Assembly: GCA_013138805.1 (NCBI GenBank)
Contig: WTCA01000030.1
Coordinates: forward strand, 1 to 56,983
Source of the DNA: an archaeon
GTDB taxonomy: Archaea > EX4484-52 > GLR71
DNA length: 56,983 nt
Direction of reading: 5' to 3'
Shown piece by piece: positions 46,201 to 55,200 of the stretch (positions are counted from its first letter, which is position 1; each line of letters begins with the position of its first letter). A program made the position numbers and the translations under genes. The notes under the pieces were generated by a model, which searched no databases, had not been told where the DNA came from, and saw only the letters and a list, made by a program, of their open reading frames with translations.

Positions 46201-49200
46201 AACCGCTTCCTTCATTCACTACAGAACATGCAGTATAATAAGTATCATGCGACAGGTTAAATGAGACTGTTGCATCATCAACAAGATCGGTGACATCACA
46301 TTCCTGTGTCAGGTTTATCCTCACTGTGACATTATCATCATCAAAGAAATCTTCACCTGACGGAGAGACCAGAGTATCGTTCATCTCACCTATGACATAT
46401 ACTATCAATGGCTGTGTAATGTTGGTGTCAAAATAACATGAATCGTCTTTTATGCCGCCGGTCCAGTTCTGAGGACCTATTGAATATTTGGGTGAACAGG
46501 AAGGCTTAAAGATATAATTCATATGGCCTGTTGAATTTGTCTGGTTGAAATAACCACCATCATATGTTGTATCATTATAAGATACCCAGAATGTGCCGTT
46601 TCTTCCCTGTGGCAGTGTTGGAGTGCTTACATTGTCTGAATCAAACACCTGCAATATGAAATGTGTGGTTCCCGAACCTGTCCTGTTGACAGATGTCGCA
46701 TTACCGCCGCCTGCAAAATATGAGACTGTCACATTATCTTTTTCCACTGTGAAATTACTGCTTGAAAGCTCTGTGTCATTCTCATAGTCTGTCGCATTGA
46801 ACTTGTAATACCATACCTGCTGGTCTGAACAGGAAAAACCTTCATAGCTGAAATTCAGCTGGTTCCAGCCATTGCATGAAGTGCAGTTCTTGGAATCCTC
46901 AAATACCCAGGTTGAATTGTCTGACGATATCCAGAAAGAGACATTGACAGTATCGTAATCTTTATCATATACTTCTACTGAAAAATCAAATATTGCACCC
47001 CATCCGTCTGCTTCCTGCAACATGGTCTGATTTGTAAGGTTAGGTACATTGTTTATCGGCGGTATCACTCTAAAAGAATCAGCCTCTGTAATTGTGCCGT
47101 TATTATAATAAGATACATTATATGCTTTTGCAATGACATCGTATCTCCCTACACCTGTGTCTGTTGTGTTCCATTCACAGGAGTAGTTTCCTGACCCAAG
47201 ATCAATCACAGCAGTACAATATGATGCAAAACCGGTGTCTGTGTTATTCAAGGTAAGATTTAATGATGCTCCTGCAATGCTCTGGTTACATTCATCAAGA
47301 ACAGTTATGTTTATTGTCACATTCTCAATGCTGTTCTGATACTGTTCAAGATCTTTAGGGAATGTTACATTAGGCCTTAAATCACCTTGAATATATATAG
47401 TATAGTTTGATGATACCTGATCAGAATAACATGTATCTCCGTCTGTGTATGTCTGCCATTTCTGCTCACCTACCGAATATGAGCAGTCAGGCAGGAAGTT
47501 GAAATTTGCATATCCTGATGAGTTTGTGGTGTTTGAATTAAATGTTGTGAAATTATCTGCATTGTCGTTTGTTACATTCAGGTAGACTGTTGCCTGAGGA
47601 TTGCCTGCAAGAAGGTTTCTGACTGTATCGTTCACAGTATGGGCAAGAAGGACTGAGACCTGTCCAAGCGTGTCTGACCTGTTGACATATGATGCATTGC
47701 CTATATATGACTGGCCAAGAAGAATGTCATCTGTGGTCAATGTATAGTCATGGAATGTGGTTGTCGCATTGCCTTCATAGTATGAGTCAGTCGCATTGAA
47801 CTTGTAAAACCATGTGCTTATGTCTGAACATGTGTAATTTTTGAAAATATTCACCTGTGTGTCTACCGGGCCTGATAGGAATGTGTTGTTCACAACACTG
47901 TAAGGTCCGCCACTTGCGCCTTTGCTATGCCACAGAGTAAGGTTGACACCATTATAATGGCTTACAATTATTGAGAAATTCCGCTCAGAACCCCAACCGG
48001 AATCTGCTGAATTTACAGTTTCATCTGAAAGATATATCGGTGCTGTCAGGAAAAATGCATCCACTCTTGAATCATTGTCCGGATGGTTATATGGCTTTTC
48101 AGCATACATTGTCACATTATAATATCCACCACTAATACCCACAGTATCAAAATTACAGGAGTATACACCGCCGCCTTCATCTGTCGCATAGCCTGCTCCC
48201 GGGCATCTGAAAGTGTTTGCATTTCTGGTCAGGTTGAAATAAACAGATGCGCCTGTCACATCAGTTCCGCAGTCATCTGAAAGAGTTCCGTTCACAGGTA
48301 TGATATCATCCTGAGTATAATTTGTCGATGTGTCAGGGAATGTCTGGGTTGCTGCAAGCGTTCCGTATATGTTGACATTTAATGTGAAAAAGCCTTCAGT
48401 ATCATTTGTCTTGAAATAGTCGCTTGATGTGTTCACTTTCCAGTCCTGCTGGCCTGCAACATAATCGCATCCTGGATTAAAGTCCAGATAATAATGTGTC
48501 GTGTTTTTTGTGTCTGTTGTCTCTTCGCGCCAGAATGATGCTGCTGTATCATTTGTTATCCAGAACTGCACCTCATCAGGCGATGAGGATGAGAGATTAG
48601 TTGTGTATGTATTATTGTCATCATCATATATTCTTAAAGATAAATTTGCGCTGCCTGCGGTCCTGTTGATGTCAACTGCTACAGGTACGACATCTGAAAA
48701 AGATATGTCATCCTTTTCGATGGTGAATGAGCCTGTCTGAAGCGATGTATTTATGTTTCCGGATATATCCGATGCGTTGAAAAGATAGTACCAGTCATCA
48801 ACTTCATCCTGTGTGAATGTCCTGTTGAACACTGTCTGGTTATCCTTGCAGTCATAACATGTCCAATTTTCATACAGGTTCCAGGAACCTGCGCCTTTCT
48901 TAAGATACAGATATACTATGACAGTATTATTATCCTCATCTGTCACATTTATTGTGAAATTGACAGGTGATGCTGACCAGCCATCAGATAATGGAGATAC
49001 ATCCACATAATCTGATTGAGGCACTGTGGACAGATAGAATGCGTTGACAAGAATATCTGTACTGTTCACATAAACACCGAATTCGGTGCCTTCAGAATAA
49101 GATATCATCGTCACATTATACCATCCCAACGGTGCGTTTCCCGGCGAGTTCCATGAATCTGTGGCAAGAGATGCTATTACAGAATAGTTTGTGGCACCGT

Positions 49201-52200
49201 TTGACAAGACATATTCTGTCCCGTATTTTGCGCTGTCAGATTTCACAGCATTGCAGTCATCTTTTATAGTGCCGTCAAGAGGTACTGCACTGCCACGGGT
49301 GTAGTTTACACTGCCGTCCGGAGAAGACATAGATGATGCGGACAGGTTTCCTAAAAGAATGAAAGGGATTGAACCGTAAGGTGAAGGTATTGTGGAATTG
49401 TCCTTATAGTATGACGAGCCTGAAAGACCTGTGATGTAATAGTTCTGCCCAAGCGAATATGATTTTGCGTCATCACACCATTCAGCAGTTGTCATTTCAT
49501 ACAGCATGTATCCTGTACTATTGACAACAGGGCTTTGGGGATAATAAGTGTTGAATGTTGTGTTGCTCCCGAACATAGATATCCGGAAATAACCTTTACC
49601 GAATTCAAGAATTTCAGGAGCTGTACCGTTGTCTGTATCATTGAATCTGGTTGTGAAGTTCAATGCAGAGCTTCGCATGACTGTCGCGTTCCATTGAGGT
49701 GTCTCATTATATACTGCAACATTGTCTTTCTCAACAGTATAGCTATGTCCGGAAAGTTCGGTTGAACCGTCAGCGTTTGTTGCGTTGAACTTGAAGTCCC
49801 AGGTTGAGATGTTTGTATAATTATAATCATAAGTGAAGTTAGCCTGTGTCCATGATACACATGAGGGACAAACCCAGCTGTCTATCAATACATAGCTTCC
49901 TGCAGAGACCTTATGCCAGGCATAGACTGTGACATCTCTTCCAAACCTATCTCTTACCATTGCCGAGAAATTGAATTCCTCACCCCAGCCGCCGATTGTC
50001 AATGCGTCATTACCATCTATATATAATGTGGAGTTATCCAGAAGAGGTGTGTAATCATAGACTTTTACATTGAAATAAAGGTTTTGAGATTCCCGGAAAA
50101 GTTTTCCTGTCACCCAGGTATAGCTTAATTTATCTACGCTTGCATTGACATAAGGATCTGATGTAGCGTCTGCGTAAGATGATATGCTTATATCTCTTGC
50201 AGAGTCTACAAATGATGCCCGGTCTGATGTATCAATTGAATAGTTGCTCCAGAGTAAATTGTATGTGTCAGCAAATGTGTAGTTCTGCCATACTGTATGA
50301 ATCATGCCTGAATCATCTGATATGTTGACTGATGCCTGGCCGATTGTAAGATTGTAGCCTGTCCAGTTATATCTTATATAAAAGTCAATCCCAGTCAGCA
50401 TCTCATATCTTGCGTCGGCAGGTTTTGTGAAACCATAATTTTCTGTTGCTGAACATGATGAAGAGGATTCACAGCCAATAGCTGTGTCATTTGATATTGT
50501 CGTGTATGCTGTAGTATTCCTTATACCTTCTGCAACAAAGATATATGAACCTTCAGCTGTGCAGTTAGCTGTGAAATTTACATATGATGATGCATAAGGG
50601 CTTATGTCTGATAACTGCCAGGTTATCTTTCGTGAGGTATCATTCCAGGTGCCGGAATCATAGACCTGTGTGATGTTGCATTCCCCCGGGATATCAAGAG
50701 TCACATTCCAGTCACTGCTGGTTGAGTTGTCGCCGATGTTTGTGACTTTCAGAGAATAGTTGTAAGAGACATTCAACTGTGAACTTCTTGGCTCAACCCA
50801 GGGATATGCAGGCTGCTGGAGTGTCTCAATATTAAATTCAAGATGGGACTCTTCGGTGTAATTGAATGTCCGGACAGGGTGCGTATCATATTCAACAAAG
50901 TTCTTATTTTCCCAGGTCGTGTTATGATATAGTGTACCTGCCTGACTTGTGCTGACCGGGGATTTTGCCTGGTATGTAAGAACTGCATATTTATTTACAG
51001 GTATTGTTCCAAGCTCCCAGGTGACGATATTGTTTATAAGATCTGTTGTCGCTGAGATAAGTTCTATGTCTGAACCATACTCGTTTGTCATGATACCCGG
51101 GTTTGCAGGGGTCCAGCCGGTCGATATTGTCTCTTTTATTATGGTGCTTCCTGAAGATGCTGTGCATCCCTTGTTGTATATGGTCAGCTGTGAATCAAAG
51201 ACTGTATCAGTCCCTATGTTTGACGGTGTCTCTCTTGTGATTTCAAGTATGGCTATTGAATTGCTCTCATTTATCATAGAGGTAGAATTTCTTGTCTTTT
51301 CAGAGACAGGATAGGTATAGGCAACGGTTGCATTGATATAGACGATTTCTGCAGCTGAGGAGGAGGAGGTAAGGTTAAAGCTGACAGTATAATTGCCGGG
51401 GGATGTCGTGTTTACCAATTGATATGCCGGCGAATAGCTCCATCCTGCCGGTGTTTCAAGAGATACATTATATTCTATTGTATCTGTGAATGGATTCGTG
51501 ATTGTGACATTGTACTGCTCAGTTGTCTGGTTGCACATCCAGTCAAGAACACGGCTTGAGACTGATACATTCTTGAATATGAAAGGTTCTGTACGGTCGT
51601 ATGAAGTTGAGCCGTTGACAAGATATGCGTTGAGATCATAGTCATCGGAAAGCCATGAAGATGTGTTGATATCTGTGATGTTAGCAAGATAGATTGAATC
51701 GGCAGAAATGCTTATGGACTGGGAAGATGAATTTATTATGGCGCCGGTGCTGTTGGTTATGTTAAGCCATAAAGTTCCTTCAAACTGATTGTTTTGGGAA
51801 TTGGCTATCCTTACAGATACATTGAAAAAACCGTCTCCTGTCTCCATCCCTGTTGTCTCTGTGCTGTTGATTGATGCCTGTAAGTTTTGGATATGGACAG
51901 TCTCATTATAATATGCCTGAAGGTTCATGGCAGTCAGATTGATGCCGTTTGAGCCTATATTTGTTATGTTGAATGTGCAGTAGCCGGTGCCGTTTGCGTT
52001 AAGCTGTCGTTCCAGAACCGGAATCCTGTCTGTGCTGTCTGAAGTCAGGTTGATAGTGTAGCTGTGCAATATGTCAGTCCAGACTGTGCCATTGTAGGAC
52101 AGGACTCTTAACATTACATCTTTTTGTCCTGCTGTGACATTTGTATAATTGATATTAAGATATGCAGCCCGGTAATCTCCTGAGTCGCAGGCAAAATATG

Positions 52201-55200
52201 CGATTGCGCTGTCGCCTGAAGCAAGGATGATGGGGAGAGATACACCAGGATTGCTGTCTTCAATCAGCTTGTATATAGATATAGTGTCATCTATTGTATC
52301 GTTTCTCAGTTCAGAATCCATTGTGGCGTTAACTGTGATGGTAAGATTATATGCGCCGGAAGAGTTTGGTGTTATGTCCCAGTGAGCATCTTTTGTGTTT
52401 CCTGAAAGGATTGAGGCAATATACACGACATTGCTGTATGCAGTGCCGTTCCAGACTGTCCAGCCGGAAGGAACTGTTAATGTTGCGTTTATGTCTGTAG
52501 CATCGCCCTGCAATGCCATAAAGGTTGCGTTGAGACCGAAGGTTCGGTTCTCAAAGATTTCAGCAGGACTCTTTACTGAAGTTGCATCAATGACGGGTTC
52601 ACAGGATTCTGTATTGACATCAACTATGAAATTGTCTGAGATATTGTAATTATAATAACTGTCAAGAGATGTGTTGATGAAAGCGCGCCATAATCGTGTG
52701 CCGTTCTGGAATGTACAGTCAGGGATGAAATCAAAGTTTGCATGGCCTGTCGTATTTGTATTGTTTGTGCCGATGGTCTGCCAGATAGTATCTGCAGCAT
52801 CTCTTGTGACTTCAAAAGTGACTGTAGCTGCAGTCGTGTTGACATAATCCTGACGGATAAGGTCGTTTACACGGACTGAAAAGTTTGCAGACTGAGGCGG
52901 TAAGTAATGAGCATCAGATTCGTTTCCTGACGCGTATTCTACAGACACATTATCTTTGGTGACTGTCACCTTATGAGTTGAGGCGTCAAAATCTGAATAT
53001 GTACCGTTCATGTCAAACCTGTAATACCATGTGCCTATCTCGGACGATGTGAAATTACGATACCAATACTTTAAAGAGTCAACACAGTTGATGCAGTCTG
53101 TCGGTGTCTGGTTTATGCAAGTCGCACCATCACATGCAGTTGTCGGTGGAGGTGTCTGGGAAAGCATCAAAGAAACGGTATATACATCTGTAGGATGACC
53201 GCTGCTCGCTATGATTGAAAAGTTCCAGTCAGAATAACCCCAGCCGTGTGATAAGGGGATGCCGTCGGGATTTTCAAGCTTGAGCTTTTCCAAAAGATAG
53301 AACAGACTATCCCTTCCGAAAGAGGAGCCGTCCTTAAGCGTGCCATTATCATAATAGTATGTCTTGTTTGAATACATTGTGGTGTTATACCAGCCCATGT
53401 TGGTCTGCAAGGTTGTCGGAAGATCGCAGGTGTATGCGTTTGCACCCACAGGACTTACATCAGTACAGTTATAGCCTGAAGCAGCACTGTAATTGGCATA
53501 AAATCGTACTGTTGTCGTCAGAGGATCGCCGCAATCATCTGTGGTTGAGCCAAGGAACGGGATAGTGGCTTCCTGGGTATAATTGATTGAACCGTCAGGT
53601 TTTTGAAGGTCAAGAATTATGTCACCATAGATTGTGAAATTGAGATCAGCGGTTGTATTATATATATAGCAGGTTGATGTGGATTCTGCAACATAAGCTT
53701 TCCAAAGACGGTCGCCGACCTCATATTTAGGCAAGCATCCAGGTTCAAAAGAATACTGGGAATATCCGGTACTGTTTGTTGTGTTGCCGTATACAGGACC
53801 CCAGACACCGGGCGATAATGTCATTGTGAAGTTTACCATAAGATCAGGCAATACAGAACCGTTAAGATCGCTGACTCTTAATGAGAATTGGTTTGTCTGA
53901 GTACCGCTCCTGTTAGCTGTGGAATCTATGCCATATATGTAATCAAACAAGATTGTGTCCTGGGTCAATGTGAAATTGTTTTCTGATGTCTCAGCAGTTG
54001 TGTTTGTATTATTCATAGCATTTGTCATGTTGAATTTCCAGAACCAGGTATCCTGCAGTGAACAGTCAAAAGTCTGGGTGAAATTGAAATCCTGCCACTG
54101 GCCGATTAAAGTATAATTGCTTGAGTTCATCTGGATCCATGGACCGGACGGACTGGAACCTCTCCAAAGATATAATTCGGCTGTTGAATTTGTGTCAAAG
54201 ATGCTTATATTGAATGTTCTCTGCATACCCCAGCCTTCTGTTATAAGGTCAACTGACGCGTTCTCTGACTGAGGCACATTTGTCCAGGTCGTCATGTTGA
54301 ATGTTTCTGAAAAATTGTACTTGTAACATGAATCTGAGTCAGGTACAAAACCAAGCCATTCCTGTTTCTCTGTCGAATATGCAGAGTCTGGTGTGATATC
54401 ATAAAGGACATAACCGGTTGAGTTTGTTGTGTTTGTGCCAAGAGTATAATATTGTGTGCCCAAACCCTGCTTTGTAATGTTGATGCTGACTGAGGCTGAG
54501 GTTGATGAAAGATAAGTTGAGTTGTCTATATCATACACTCTCAACTGTATTGTGGAAGGATGATTCAATGTTGCGTTGGTCTCATTTCCTGCGATGTAGT
54601 CTATACGGATATTGCTCTCCTCAAGAACAAACTGCTCATCGATAGTGTAATCTGCGCCGGATGTTGTATAGTTGTTGCCTTCAGTGTCTGTCGCGTTGAA
54701 CTTGAATTTTTTTGTCTCAATATCTGAACAGCCATAAGTAGTGTTCCATGACAAGGTCGTATTTGAACAGGAAACGCACTGCTGGCTGGAACCTATCTCG
54801 ACCCAGTCCTCTGTTCCAAAAGTTGCCTGCCATAATCTGACAGTCACTGTGTCTCCAGTATTATCTGTTACATTCACTGTGAAATTTCTCAATGCAGACC
54901 AGCCTTCTGTCTTTGGTGTGACTTCGGCAGAATCCAGTTTTGGTGTTGATTTTATTTTTAATGCATCAGTTTCAGAAGATGTGTCATTATTATAGTAGCC
55001 TTTTGATGCGATGATTGTCACATTATAATTGCCTACAAGTTTTCCTGAAGTTGGCCAAAGACAGGTATATGGATTTTCAGTTGAGGAAGAATAACAGTAA
55101 TAGGATGTGCTGGCAGTTGTTATGTTGAAAGTTACATTTGTATCAGAAACTGCAGTCAGGCAGTCATCTGTCACATTTCCGCTGAAGGATACATCTGTAC

